Assembly (NCBI RefSeq): GCF_035084215.1
Contig: NC_090340.1
Location: 11,656,001 to 11,720,000 of the forward strand
DNA: 64,000 bases
Source: Heptranchias perlo
Lineage: Eukaryota
Reading direction: 5' to 3'
The notes under the pieces were generated by a model. That model worked only from the letters and a program-made list of their open reading frames with translations, ran no database searches and was not told where the DNA came from. Position 1 is the first letter of the stretch; each line of letters begins with the position of its first letter. Below are positions 12,216 to 24,659 of this stretch, one piece after another. The position numbers and the translations under genes were made by a program.

Positions 12216-13944
12216 CGGAGCGCAATTCCCCCACTATTGATTCGACCGTCTTTGAACAAGGTTCTAATTATTCAGGTGAGCAGCGACACCTTCATTGATG
12301 CTGATAATTAAATGATAATGATCTCATCTCTCAAAACAGAATCATGCCTTGGCCCCGACCTGTTCCTTTTTGTGTTGTAAAGGCCCACGGCAACACAATG
12401 TTTTCTTGCTAAATATTTTCAGTCGTGAAATAAATGTACCCAATTTCCAAGAGCTTCATATCTAGTTTTCTTTTCCCCCCTAACCTCCAGGCAGCCAGAT
12501 GAAATTGTGTTTCATTTTTTAACACCCTGAGGGAATTTTGATCAGCCCTGCTTTTACTGATATTAAGAGAATAACTGAAGCTACAAGCCCTCAAGGAGAA
12601 AAAAATTCCTTCAACACGCTGATAAGAACAGAGCTACAGTGAAAGAGAGAGAGGAAGAAATCTCTTATGTTGTGAACACCAATCCCTACAATAAAGCCGC
12701 AAGAGATTTGTAAAACTTTATCAGAAAAACACACTATCCCTTAGTATCAAAGTTGAAAGAAAAATAATGAATTCAAAACTAGTACAGCCCTGGGATTAAA
12801 GTCACGGAAATTGGTTTTAAAAAGGATAAATATATATATTTATATACAAATCAATAGCTGAGGGATTTTCAACTTCATTCCATTATGTTCTGATTTCAAG
12901 CGTACAGAAGTTAGAATGAGAAAGGCCAAGTTAGGTAGGGGGATCCTTTATGGAGAAGACTTAGAAGACAAATATTTAAGTCAGGAAGAAGCCGAGGTCA
13001 TATGGGGTCACCGGAGGCCAAGAGTCACATGTGAGCCACACAGACCAGAAGGCCCCAATAGATCCCCAGTCTTTCCTAATTGAGCTGACCTGTGGGTGGT
13101 GGGGGGGTCAAAGACAGAATCAGACTCAACTGTGATGCCCTCCATGATTAAAAAAAAATCTGCCAACATGTGGGCTGCCAAATAGCCACGTCGGTGAGGT
13201 AACCGAGGCTGTCTGGTACCTGCGGAACCATAGCTGAGCAAGTGTCGGAGTCTTCAGGAGACTGGGAGAGAACACTGGTGGGGGAAGAATATGCAGGTTA
13301 TCCTATAGTTACAAATAATGAGAAGTACATCATTGCTTACTTAAGCAGATTTGGTGTTTCATCGAGCTTCACCTGTGTTGGACTTGCATTTCTACAGTTC
13401 ACATTGAGTAATAGTGAGCAATCGACTGCATCTGGTACAGTTTTAGACACATCTGTGCACTCCACATTTCATTTATGTCTTGGTGTCAACTGCCGTATTT
13501 GCAGCATAAGCACACTACAAATTGGATACCAGTTACTGGAAAGAAGCCAGCATATGAGAGAGGGAGCCATAAGACTCAAGATGGAGAAAATGGTAGTCAT
13601 CTGTCCGGGGTCTAAGATGCAGAAGCCACACATGTGCCATGTGCCTCCCATGCCTCCAAAAGCTGTTGAAGGACATGTAAAATGCAAATGTGAGTCATTT
13701 ATCAATAATTAAAACCACTTTAGCCAACTAACGAACAGTGATAGTTAAAAAACAGATGACTCAACTGATCTGAACTACACCCCAACGAGGAGTGATTGCC
13801 TTCAAAAGAGGGGAGGGGAGAAATTTGGTAAAACAAAAACGGATGTGGTCATAACAGAGCAGTCTGATTTCGACATTCCTGAAATCGTGCACCCACTGTG
13901 GAATTCAAATTCGATTTTAGTTGATCATCCATTTCTCAACCAAC

Positions 13945-14305
13945 AACAACTTGTCTATAAATAGCACCTTTAATGTAGTAAAATGTCCCAAGGTGCTTCA
14001 CAGAAGCATTATCAGACAAAATTTGACACATAAGGAGATATTAGGACAGGTGGCCAAAAGCTTGGTCATAAAGGTAGGTTTTAAGGAGTGTCTTAAAGAA
14101 TCATAGAAGTTTACAACATGGAAACAGGCCCTTTGGCCCAACAGGAGGAGAGAGAGGCGGAGAGGTTTAGGGAGGGAATTCCAGAAATTAGGGCCTAGGC
14201 AGCTGAAGGCATAGCCGCCAATGGTGCAGCGAAAGAAATCGGGGATGCGCAAGAGGCCTGAATTGGAGGAGCGCAGAGATCTCGGAGGGTTGTAGGGCTG
14301 GAGGC
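13945..14305 (-). mobile_element. L2-type LINE 3' fragment
   Basis: LQPYNPPRSLRSS...WNSLP on the minus strand; CAACAACAAC tail. Confidence 0.8.
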
Positions 14306-14319
14306 ACTGAATATTCCTG

Positions 14320-14620
14320 GGGTATATTTCCCTGAGTGCCAATTCCCATTCAACTTGTCATTCTTTATATGTGAACCTAGACAGTAAGTGTTGGCAGGCG
14401 GTTTGATGATGGAGGGCATCACAAGCAAGTCTGACCCTGCCCTCACCTGGCATCCTCACAGACCCACTTCCATTAGAAGTCACTGGATAGTGAACAGGAT
14501 CTGGAGTTGTAGCTGATGTTCCCCTCCCTAACTCAAAGGCACTGAGGTGACTATAGCATCACAGTGTCTGTCCCTGCTGAGAACAGCTAATGCAGAACAG
14601 GGCAGGAATCAAACCGGCAG
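14320..14620 (-). mobile_element. LF-SINE-like fragment
   Basis: Reverse complement of the same conserved blocks. Confidence 0.55.
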
Positions 14621-14957
14621 TGATTTAAATCTGATTCAATCAGCCGACTAATGAAATAATTGGGGTGAACTTCACAGAGATGGCAGGGGAGGAAGGAAGA
14701 TGATTCACAACAGTGGAGCACAAAGTATTTCTTGATACATAATGACGATATAATGGCCAATGGCTACTTAGTACAAACAACTTTAGGAGAAATCTCACTT
14801 AAGCCAACACTTTAATGTTGTGCGATACACTTCTTGTATGATGCAGCATAATTCATCACCTCAAACTACTCCCACTACCACTGTCAGTGAGCGACCTGTT
14901 ACCACCAGTATTTTACCCTAGTATTGCGTAGCTCAAAATACTCCTCTAGGCACAATA

Positions 14958-16658
14958 GAAACAAATGGGTATGATCTCATGACCATTACAGAGACGTGGT
15001 TGCAAGGTGACCAAGGTTGGGAGCTAAATATTCAGGGTTATTTAACATTTCGGAAGGATAGGAAAAAAGGTAAAGGTGGTGGGGTAGCTCTGTTAATAAA
15101 GGATGAAATTGGTACAATAGTGAGAAATGATCTTGGCTCAGAAGATCAAGATGTCGAATCAATTTGGGTGGAGGTAAGAAATAGCATGAGAAAGAAATCA
15201 CTGGTGGGAGTAGTAAATATGCCCCTTAACAGTAGCTACACTGTCGGGCAAAACATAAATCAGGAAATACGGGGGGCTTGTAAAAAAGGTAATGCAATAA
15301 TCATTATTAAGGAAATAGTAGCAGGACATTTGGAGACTCATAATACAATCAAGGAGAATCAACATGGTTTTATGAAGGGGAAATCATGTCTGACAAATTT
15401 ATTAGAGTTCTTTGAGGAAGTAACGGGCAGGGTGGATAAAGGGGAACCAATGGATGCAGTATATTTGGATTTCCAAAAGGTATTCGATAAGGTGCCACAT
15501 AAAAGGTTATTGCACAAGATAAGAGCTCATGGTGTTGGGGATAATATACTGGCATGGATAGAGGATTGGCCAACTAACAGAAAACAAAGAGTCGGGATAA
15601 AAGGGTAATTTTCAAAATGGCAATCTGTAACTAGTGGGGTGCCGCAGGGATCAGTGCTGGGGCCTCAACTATTTACAATATATATCAATGACTTGGATGA
15701 AGGAACAGAGTGTCTTGTGGCCAAATTTGCTGATGATACAAAGATAGGTGGAAAAGCAAGTTGCGATGAGGACACAAAGTGTCTGTAAAGGGATATTGAC
15801 AGGTTAAGCGAATGGGCAAAAATTTGGCAGATGGAATATAATGTGGGAAAATGTGAAGTCGTCCACTTTGGGAGGAAAAATAAAAAAGACAATATTATTT
15901 GAATGGAGAAATACTACAAAATGCTGCGGTACAGAGGAATCTGGGTGTTCTCGTACATGAAACACAAAAAGTCAACAGACAGGTGCAGCAGGTAATCCGG
16001 AAGGCAAACGGAATATTGGCCTTTATTTCGAGGGGGATGGAAAATAAAAGCAGGGAAGTCATGCTACAACTGTAGAGGGTGCTGGTGAGACCACATCTGG
16101 ACTACTGCGTATAGTTCTGGTGCCCTTATTTAAGGAAGGGTCTACTTGCCTTGGAGGCAGTTCAGAGAAGGTTCACTAGATTGATTCTGGGTATGGAAGG
16201 GTTGTCTTATGAGGAAAGATTGAACAGGTTGTGTCTATACTCATTGGGGTTTAGAAGAACGAGAGGAGATCTTATTGAAATATATAAAATTCTGAGAGGA
16301 CTCGATAGGGTGGATTCTGAGAGGATGTTACCCCTCATGAGGGAATCTAAAACTAGGGGGCATAGTCTCAGAATAAGGGGTCACCCGTTTAAGACGGAAA
16401 TGAGGAGGAATTTCTTCTCCCAGAGGGTTGTGAATCTTTGGAATTCTTTACCCCACAAAGCTGTGGAGGCTGAGTCATTGAATACATTCAAGGCTGAGTT
16501 AGACAAATTTTTGATCAGCAAAGGAGTCAAAGGATATGGGGAAAGGGCGGGAAAGTGGAGTTGAGGTAAAAATCAGATCAGCCATGATCTCATTAAATGG
16601 CAGAGTAGGCTCGAGGGGCCAAATGGCCTACTCCTGCTCCTACCTCTTATGGTCTTAT
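14958..16658 (+). mobile_element. CR1 LINE with internal deletion (APE endonuclease fragment joined to RT)
   Basis: ITETWL...GGGVALLIK (APE) joins at ~15302 to [35 protein letters not shown] and KFADD, ending in a CR1 3' UTR. Contains stops. Confidence 0.93.
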
Positions 16659-17027
16659 AACCCAAGTTTGGAAGAACCAGATCTGTAATTCTGCTCCAGA
16701 ATACTTTTCACAGTTCAACTAAGACCCGGACAACAAAATCATGAGTGCACTGTTACAATTGCTGAAATTCTGGAGGCAACAGTAGTGGTGTCATTGCAGT
16801 GTCTATTTCTGTAGAGTAGCCCTGTGGGTTATGCCCAATGCACATCACTGTTGAATCCACAGTGACAATTTCAGCCACGGCGCATTTGAGGATCTTGCGA
16901 TGTAATGGTGGTGTGACATCACGATACACCAGGAGCCCCGAAGAGTGCCAGAAACCTGCACTGACACTAAGATTCTTCATATGACAATTTACTGATCAGA
17001 GCTCGGCCAGCAGGAGTTGGAGACACA

Positions 17028-17212
17028 CGGGTAAACTTCAATCTTCATCACCTGGGTGGTAATGTAGCGGAGCTGATCGCTCGCTGGCTGTACAACCCGC
17101 CTGATTTTCAATTCAATGGAATGGAATAGGTTCTTTAACAGGCTGGTTCTTTAACAGGTGGGCGATCCGCTCTGAAAGATTACCCAGGCAGTGAAGATGA
17201 AAGTACACCCCC
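17028..17212. mobile_element. Palindromic MITE-like element
   Basis: GGGTAAACTTCAATCTTCA...CCTGGGT versus ACCCAGG..TGAAGATGAAAGTACACCC. Confidence 0.55.
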
Positions 17213-17571
17213 ATCTTTCCCCTGCAAGTGAACTGGGCCTTTCCATGAGTGGTGGTCAGTACAGAGAGCTGCCCATCCGCTCTCTTGATCCAAGGTGAGG
17301 CGACAAATTAATGTCGATGTATCACAAGGAATCAGAGAAATCACTAATTCAGAGATTCACAGACACAATCCCTTATAGGTGATAAGCAGATAAGAATGAC
17401 ACCTAAAAGCTTTTGAAAAAACAACTCACGTCTGGATCAGACGACAGCAATACTCACACTTCCTAAGGAATATTAAAGGAGAACAATGGAGGGTTGCAAC
17501 ACACATCCACGACATTTTGTGCCAGCTTGGCAAGGAGCTCATAAATGTGAGAAATGCAAGTTTGTCTGCCT

Positions 17572-17636
17572 GGGCTGGTCCTCTCTGTCCGGGCTGGTCC
17601 TCTCTGTCCGGGCCGGTCCTCTCTGTCCGGGCCGGT
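17572..17636. repeat. Short tandem repeat, 19-bp unit, ~3 copies
   Basis: GGGC(T/C)GGTCCTCTCTGTCC repeated three times. Confidence 0.85.
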
Positions 17637-18239
17637 GCCGTTTGACTGCGTTGATCCTGTCTGTCTGTTCTGGTCCTGTCTGTCTGCATTGGTGTTGCTG
17701 TCTACACTGGTCCTGTTTGTTTTTCTTGAAGAAGTGGTTGTTTGAACAGTGCTGCACACTTTGGGTGTCTCTCTGCACCATTTCTTGGATAGGGCAGATT
17801 TAGAGGCACTATGCACAGTGGGTGAGGGACCCACTGTGTATACACACACAGAATATGATAGTCTGATACATTGGGCTGTGGACTGATCAATTTTAGATTC
17901 ACACCTGCCACTCCTACATTCAAGAATGCTCTAGGGTGGGTGGAGCGGGGGCTGCTTGGCTAAGGGTTGACATTTCCACATGGGTGAGGGAGAAACTCCC
18001 AGGCCAGTCACTGGACACCACTCCTGCTGGCTGCTGGCCAGCTGAATTGAATGCGTCAAATGCTTGGCTCCTGGAATACTAAGGAGTATAAATTACGTAG
18101 CTTGAGGCTGAGCAAGGGGTTTGCCACTGACTCAGTGAGTATGGACTTAATACAGCCACATCGCAACACTGCCATGTTTATGCTGGGGAGTTCCAGTCTA
18201 AGATGGTAGGCCGGAAGGTCAGAACCGTGCTCCTCTGAC

Positions 18240-18740
18240 AGTGAGAAATTGGAACAGGCCAGACTGACCAAGTTCAATGCCCAGTCTCCACTGAGTCAAC
18301 CGATCTCAGTGTGCGCAGTAATGGAGTAATATCATTGGCCTCACCTTCCTGGGCTGTGGGATGGGGGAAGGGAAGTCAGCCAGTGTTCCCGCTCCTGAGT
18401 GAAAAGTGCATGTAGGTGAACAGGATGGGGCTCAGCTGTGACACCTGGACATTTGAACCACCTGCCAACACTTACCGTCCAGGCACCCACATGAAAAATA
18501 GTCACTTGCAAAGGGGAAGGAAAAGGGTGAAAAAGGCAGTTGAACTCCTGTTCCTGATTACTATCAGTGATCCTGGCTGTGTATATATCAGATCGGGACA
18601 GGTGCAGGCTAGGCAGGGTTGCCCATCACAATGAAATAATCAGACGACATTCACTGTATAGGCTCCCAGATGGAGAGTGGCCACTTGGGCCAGGTACCAG
18701 AGGATGTCAATTACCTGTGGGGCTCCACCCCTTGGAGAGA
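18240..18740 (+). mobile_element. LF-SINE-like fragments
   Basis: GTCAGCCAGTGTTCCCGCTCCTGA, GGCTCAGCTGTGA, GGCCACTTGGGCCAGGTACCAGAGG. Confidence 0.55.
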
Positions 18741-18804
18741 AAAAAAACAATTCTAATCTCAGGCATCTGCACTCATTGGTTTGATCCGCATGAAAAACAA
18801 AAAC

Positions 18805-19240
18805 CATAGAACCATACAGCACAGAAGGAGGCCAGTCGGCCCCTCGTGCCCGTGCCAGCTCTATGCAATAGTCCCAATCCCCTGCTCTTTCCCGATAGCC
18901 CTCCAAATTTTTCCTTTTCAAGTATTTATCCAATTCCCTTTCGAAAGTTATTATTGAATCTCCTTTCACCACCCTTTCAGGCAGTGCTTTCCAGATCATA
19001 ACAACTCACTGCGTAAATAAAATTCTCCTCATGTCGCCTCTGGTTCTTTTGCCAATTATCTTAAATCTGTGTCCTCTGGTTACTGACCCTTCTGCCAGTG
19101 GAAACAGTTTTTCCTTATTTACATTATCAAAGCCCCTCATAATTTTGAATACCTCTATTCAATCTCCCTTTAACCTTCTCTGCTCTAAGGAGAACAATCC
19201 CAGCTTCTCCAGTCTCTCCACAAAACTGAAGTCCCTCCTC
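18805..19240 (-). mobile_element. CR1 3' fragment
   Basis: Minus-strand WKALPERVV...ELDKYLK plus 3' UTR. Confidence 0.85.
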
Positions 19241-20214
19241 CTCATCCCCAGGTTCTGTGGCTTTGCATAAAGCAAAAATTCTGGACTTGTTACAGCCAAC
19301 TAAGGAGTGCGCCCGTTGGAATATAAAACAGGTTGCAAAATGTGGATGCTAAGCTGCTGTTATGTTTTGAATTGTAATTTTCTTTTTCAAATACAAAGAT
19401 TACAACACGAAGTGGTACGATAATAAACAAGCTTCAATGCATTGTAGCGGCAGAGCAAACAGAGGCCTTGAGAACTGCAGGTCCCTGCTTCAAGTGAGAA
19501 GGTGGTAAACGTAGATAAAGGCAAACACGCTGATCCTTTCTCTTTTAAATGAATGCTTTCATGTGCTGGCTGCACATGGAGGGTACTCCACCAGAGAAAG
19601 CAATTTAGAAACTAATTGCAGTTCATAAATTATCTTCCTGTAGCACGGAGCCCAGGAACGGATGTCATTTTTCTTACTTCTCTTTGTTTGTTTAAATCAT
19701 ATTCGCTCCCCCCCCCCACCCCCATCAAACTGATTCTACAGTAACAATAAATCAATTCGTTCTGCTAATGGTTGTAAATCAAGAGTGTTGTGTTGCCCAC
19801 CAGAAACCTTATTCCAATGATAAGGGATAACAGCATCTCTCCTGGGATAGACTACAAACAAGCCCGCGTTGATGCACTGTGTTTATACTCCATTCTGTAC
19901 TCACCCATACAAAGCACTGACGGGTCTCTTCTGTCCCGCTTTGGGTCGATATGGTTTGGGCTCCCCAGCCATGTTTATATCTGCAAAGAACGAGCATATA
20001 GATTTTAAAAAATACTTTTATATACATTATTTGTATACATCTATATGTAAATAAAATCATCTGTCCCTTCTACTCCCTGGAGTATTTGGAATGCCTTGTG
20101 GATGTGGCTCAGTCTGAGATTGCACCGATACTGTGACAACAGGCTCTATATTATACGGAGCGAAATGTTAATCACTCCTCCTCTCCTGAAGGCACTGTCT
20201 GGGGTAAGGCACCA

Positions 20215-20672
20215 AGTCCCGTTCTCCCATCTCCCCTGTGCTCACTGACCTACATTGGCTCCCAGTCCGGCAACACCTTGAATTTAAAATTCTCATCCTC
20301 GTGTTCAAATCCCTCCATGGCCTCGCCCCTCCCTGTCTCTGTAGCCTCCTCCAGCCCTACAATCCTCCGAGATTTCTGCACTCTTCCAATTCTTGCCTCT
20401 TGCGCATGCCCGATTTTAATCGCTCCACCAATGGCAACCATGCCTTCAGCTCCCTAGGCTCTGGAACTCCCCCCGAACCTCTTCATCTCTCTACTTCTCT
20501 CTCCTCTAAGTAGCTCCTTAAAACCTACCTCTTCGACCAAACCTTTGGTAACCTGTCCTAATATCTTTTTATGTAGCTCAGAGTCAAATTTTGTCCGATA
20601 ACGCTCCTGTGAAGCACCTTGGTTCGCTTTACTATGTTAAAGGTGCGATATATATGCAAGTTGTTGTTGTTG
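20215..20672 (+). mobile_element. L2-type LINE 3' fragment
   Basis: LTDLHWLPVRQ...FKILILVFKSLHGLAP; (TTG)n tail. Confidence 0.85.
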
Positions 20673-21479
20673 TTGCAAAGTTCCACGGGCTCCACATGCC
20701 CTCTGGTATTTTATGTAAGGGGCCATTCTTCATGTGGGAGCCTCAACGGTGAATATCAACAAGCTATCCAGCAATGGTGGGTGGGGTTACCCACAGCCCA
20801 GCCTGATCCTGTCCTCACCTCATGTCCAGGTGTGCACATTTTCAGCAGATAGTGACCAGGAGCAAGGACCCCGGCCAATTTCCCTTGCAGGACAGGATAA
20901 TTCGAGGGGCTTGGAGACAAAAATCTATAAAGCCCAGAATATCGAATGGTAAAGTTAATGGAATATTTGCCTGAGACTTGAATACACCAATTTATCTTCC
21001 ATTGCCTTTCACATAAAGCCATCTTACTTCACTGAAGAGTAATTTGCATCAGATTTATCTAGAGGTTAATTACCAACTCTTTATTTGCATATGGTGCTAC
21101 CATTGCAGTTCATGATTTCAGAAAGTCTCCATTTCAATGGAGCTCTCCTAATGACAGGATCACCAGTCCTGGGCTATCTGATTGAATGGGAGATACTTCA
21201 TCAAGGTGGCTGGAACTGCACCAATTGGGTGGAGGTTAATGGGGAGAAATTGGCAGACGATCTCATTCAATTGTAGGGCAAGTTGTCACAAGTTTAAAGG
21301 CAAATTTAAGATCTATATCAGGAAGTTCTTCTTCACATAAAGAATGATCAAAACATGGAATGGACTCTGGGATAGGGTATTGGTGAGGCAAAAACCCTGG
21401 AATCATTTAAGAACCACTTGGATGCTGCAATGGAAGGACTTCAGGGTCTATCTGAATGGATGAGCTAAGATTTACATTG

Positions 21480-21860
21480 AGTTACAATGAATCTACAGCA
21501 CAGAAACAGACCATTCGGCCCAATTGGTCTATGCCGGCGTTTATACTCCATGCAAGCCTCCCCCCTCCCTACTTCATCTACCCCTATCAGCGTATCCTTC
21601 TATTCCTTTCTCCCTCATGTGCTTATCTAGCTTCCCCTTAAATCCATCAACTACTTGCCTCAACTACTCCTTGTGGTAGCACGCTCCACATTGTAACCAC
21701 TCTTTGGGTAAAGACATTTCTCCTGAATTCCCTTTTGGATTTATTACTGGCTATCTTATATTGATTACCTCTAGTTTTGGACTCCACCACAAGTGGAAAC
21801 ATTTTCTCTACGTCTACCCTATCGAACCCTTTATCTTAAAGACCTCTATCAGGTCACCCT
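21480..21860 (-). mobile_element. CR1 3' fragment
   Basis: Reverse complement resembles 22717-22984 joined to 26154-26315. Confidence 0.78.
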
Positions 21861-22314
21861 CAGGATGGGCCGAATGGTTTTTTCAACTGTAATTATCTTG
21901 TGATTTTACAGACAAAAGAGTTCTGGCTGGATTTGAGCCTAGGCCCCAGAGGTGAAATCCCTTGCCAGGCCCATGATTAATCAACTATTTTAGTCATAAT
22001 TTGGATTGCATACTTGTGTCAATTGTCTGGTGTTACATTCTAGAATCAAGCCCTGTGGGAAAACACCAAATACATTTCATGGGGAATGCGGAATACCCTA
22101 TCCAGAAGTTAAAATAAACTGCAATAGAATGTCACATCATTCAGACACTGTGAATGTCTTCACGAAACATCTCCCTGCACTGTAAAATTTAGGAGGTCTA
22201 CAACATTGGAGGGAGTTGAGCAATAAATAGGAAAGCACCTTGGCGTGCAGGTTCTAAATGTTCTTTAAGCTGCCCCCTGACCTGCCCAAGGGCTTAATTG
22301 ATAATATAAATAAA

Positions 22315-22510
22315 AAGCAAAAAAAAAACTGTAAATGCTGAAAACCTGCAACAAAAGCACAAATGCTGGTAATGCTCAGCGTCTGCGGAGAGAACAGAGG
22401 AGGTAACGACTCAGTGTGAGATGAGAGGTCCACACCCAAAAGATTAATTTGTCTGTTCTCTCAACAGACGCTGGGCGACCTCACGAGCGCTTACAGCATT
22501 TTCTGTTTTC
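22315..22510. mobile_element. Degenerate fold-back element, probably the ends of another PLE family
   Basis: AAATGCTG...AGCGTCTGCGGAGAGAACAGA is inverted relative to TCTGTTCTCTCAACAGACGCT...CAGCATTTT. One-sided extension on the left; decayed GATGA-ggt..cc-AAAA motif in the centre. Confidence 0.55.
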
Positions 22511-22716
22511 AGCTCATTTGAGTTCAAACATGAGCTATACAAATCAGGAAAGTCCCAGATTCAAACCCCAGTCTGATCTCAGCCAAGGCAAAAGAGAGGG
22601 ACATATGATTGTTCTCAGCACCCCTGGGCTAAGGAAGAGGGGAAACAAAAACTTATGGGGCCCTGTTCCTATTTGATATCAGTGTGTATTTGTACACATC
22701 AAGTGAAGACTCTTGT

Positions 22717-22984
22717 ACAAGGCTCTTTTCTTCAGAAAAGAGAAGACTGAGTGGTGACCTGATAGAGATCTTTAAGATTAAGAAAGGGTTTGATAGGGTG
22801 GACGTAAAGAAGATGTTTCCATTTGCGGGGGAGACTAGAACTAGGGGCCATAAATATAAGATAGTCACTAATAAATCCAATAGGGAATTCAGGAGAAACT
22901 TCTTTACCCAGAGAGTGGTTAGAATGTGGAACTCGCTACCACAAGGAGTAGCTGAGGTGAATAGCAGAGATACATTTAAGGGGA
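22717..22984 (+). mobile_element. CR1 LINE 3' fragment (left part of the PLE target)
   Basis: LFSSEKRRLSGDLIEIFKI...RRNFFTQRVVRMWNSLP. Confidence 0.9.
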
Positions 22985-23081
22985 TGGTAGCCATGATGTG
23001 GAGATGCCGGTGATGGACTGGGGTTGACAATTGTAAACAATTTTACAACACCAAGTTATAGTCCAGCAATTTTATTTTAAA

Positions 23082-23120
23082 TTCACAAGCTTTCGGAGGC
23101 TTCCTCCTTCCTCAGGTGAA
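23082..23120 (-). ncRNA. Minimal type I hammerhead ribozyme (left arm)
   Basis: Exact reverse complement of 26065-26103. Confidence 0.85.
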
Positions 23121-23354
23121 CGATGTCGAAATGAAATCCTCGAAATGAAATCGCATTTATAATTCACAGAACAATGCTTGGTGATTACAGACAGTTTTTT
23201 CAACTGCCCGTTGCCAAGGCAATCAGTGTGCAGACAGACAGGTGTTACCTGCAAGTTCTCAGAACATACAAATCACCAAAAAAAAACAACAAACAAAAAA
23301 AAAACAGAGATAGAGAGGTAGAAACATAGAAAAGACAGCAACTGACCTGTTATA

Positions 23355-24504
23355 TTAAAAACAGATAACATTTGTTCGCTGGTGGGGTAACGTGTAGCGT
23401 GACATGAACCCAAGATCCCGGTTGAGGCCGTCCTCATGGGTGCGGAACTTGGCTATCAATTTCTGCTCGACGATTTTGCGTTGTCGTGTGTCTCGAAGGC
23501 CGCCTTGGAGTACGCTTACCCGAAGGTCGGTGGATGAATGTCCATGACTGCTGAAGTGTTCCCCGACTGGGAGGGAACCCTCCTGTTTGGTGATTGTTGC
23601 GCGATGTCCGTTCATCCGTTGTCGCAGCGTCTGCATGGTCTCGCCAATGTACCATGCTCTGGGGCATCCTTTCCTGCAACGTATGAGGTAGACAAAGTTG
23701 GCCGAGTCACAGGAGTATGAACCATGCACCTGGTGGGTGGTGTCCTCTCGTGTGATGGTGGTATCTGTGTCGATGATCTGGCATGTCTTGCAGAGGTTAC
23801 CGTGGCAGGGTTGTGTGGTGTCGTGGACGCTGTTCTCTTGAAAGCTAGGTAATTTGCTGCGAACGATGGTCTGTTTGAGGTTGGGTGGCTGTTTAAAGGC
23901 GAGTAGTGGAGGTGTGGGGATGGCCATAGCGAGGTGTTCGTCGTCATTGATGACATGTTGAAGGCTGCGGAGAACATGGCGTAGTTTCTCCGCTCCGGGG
24001 AAGTACTGGACGACAAAGGGTACTCTGTTGGTTGCGTCCCGTGTTAGTCTCCTGAGGAGGTCTATGCGATTTTTTGCTGTGGCCCGTCGGAACTGTCGAT
24101 CGATGAGTCGAGCGTCATATCCCGTTCTTACTAGGGCGTCTTTCAGCGTCTGTAGGTGTCCATCGTGTTCCTCCTCGTCTGAGCAGACCCTGTGTATTCG
24201 CAGGGCCTGTCCATAGGGGATGGCCTCTTTGACGTGGTTCGGGTGGAAGCTGGAAAAGTGGAGCATCGTGAGGTTGTCTGTGGGCTTGCGGTAGAGTGAG
24301 GTGCTGAGGTGCCCGTCTTTGATGGAGATTCGTGTGTCCAAGAAAGAAACCGATTCTGAGGAGTAGTCCATGGTGAGCTTGATGGTGGGATGGAACTTGT
24401 TGATGTTGTCGTGTAGTCTCTTTAGTGATTCGTTGCCGTGGGTCCATAGAAAGAAAATGTCGTCGATGTATCTGGTGTATAGTGTTGGTTGGAGGTCTTG
24501 TGCA
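23355..24504 (-). pseudogene. PLE ORF remnant, left arm: C-terminal half of RT, Cys/His linker and GIY-YIG endonuclease
   Basis: Translation contains RYIDDIF (RT catalytic motif), FLD, LYRKPT, HFSSFHPNH, CHGNLCKTC and FVYLIRC...WYIGET...LRQRMNGH. The N-terminal ~26 aa of the called ORF are just the antisense of the spacer. Confidence 0.93.
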
Positions 24505-24659
24505 TCGACCAAGCTTCCCCTGGTACCACGGTTGCAACCACAGGGAAGTCTATCGTCAATTTGTCCTACCACACCCTTCAACCAGACGAAATCGAAGTTC
24601 TCAGCCGAGGGCTCAATTTCTGCCCCACTACCAAAATGGACCCCACTAGTCCCGCCGCG
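24505..24659 (+). pseudogene. Spacer between the arms: N-terminal fragment of a PLE ORF
   Basis: Translates to ...KSIVNLSYHTLQPDEIEVLSRGLNFCPTTK, the NLS...L.RGL.F.P motif typical of PLE N-termini. Joined out of frame to the RT at ~24660. Confidence 0.8.

Noticed and set aside
17463-17849. Overlapping 80-128 aa ORFs
   Set aside because: Driven by a 19-bp repeat and low-complexity sequence; no recognisable domain.
23355-24581. 408-aa ORF as an intact retrotransposon gene
   Set aside because: It lacks the N-terminal RT motifs, and its first residues come from the antisense of the spacer.
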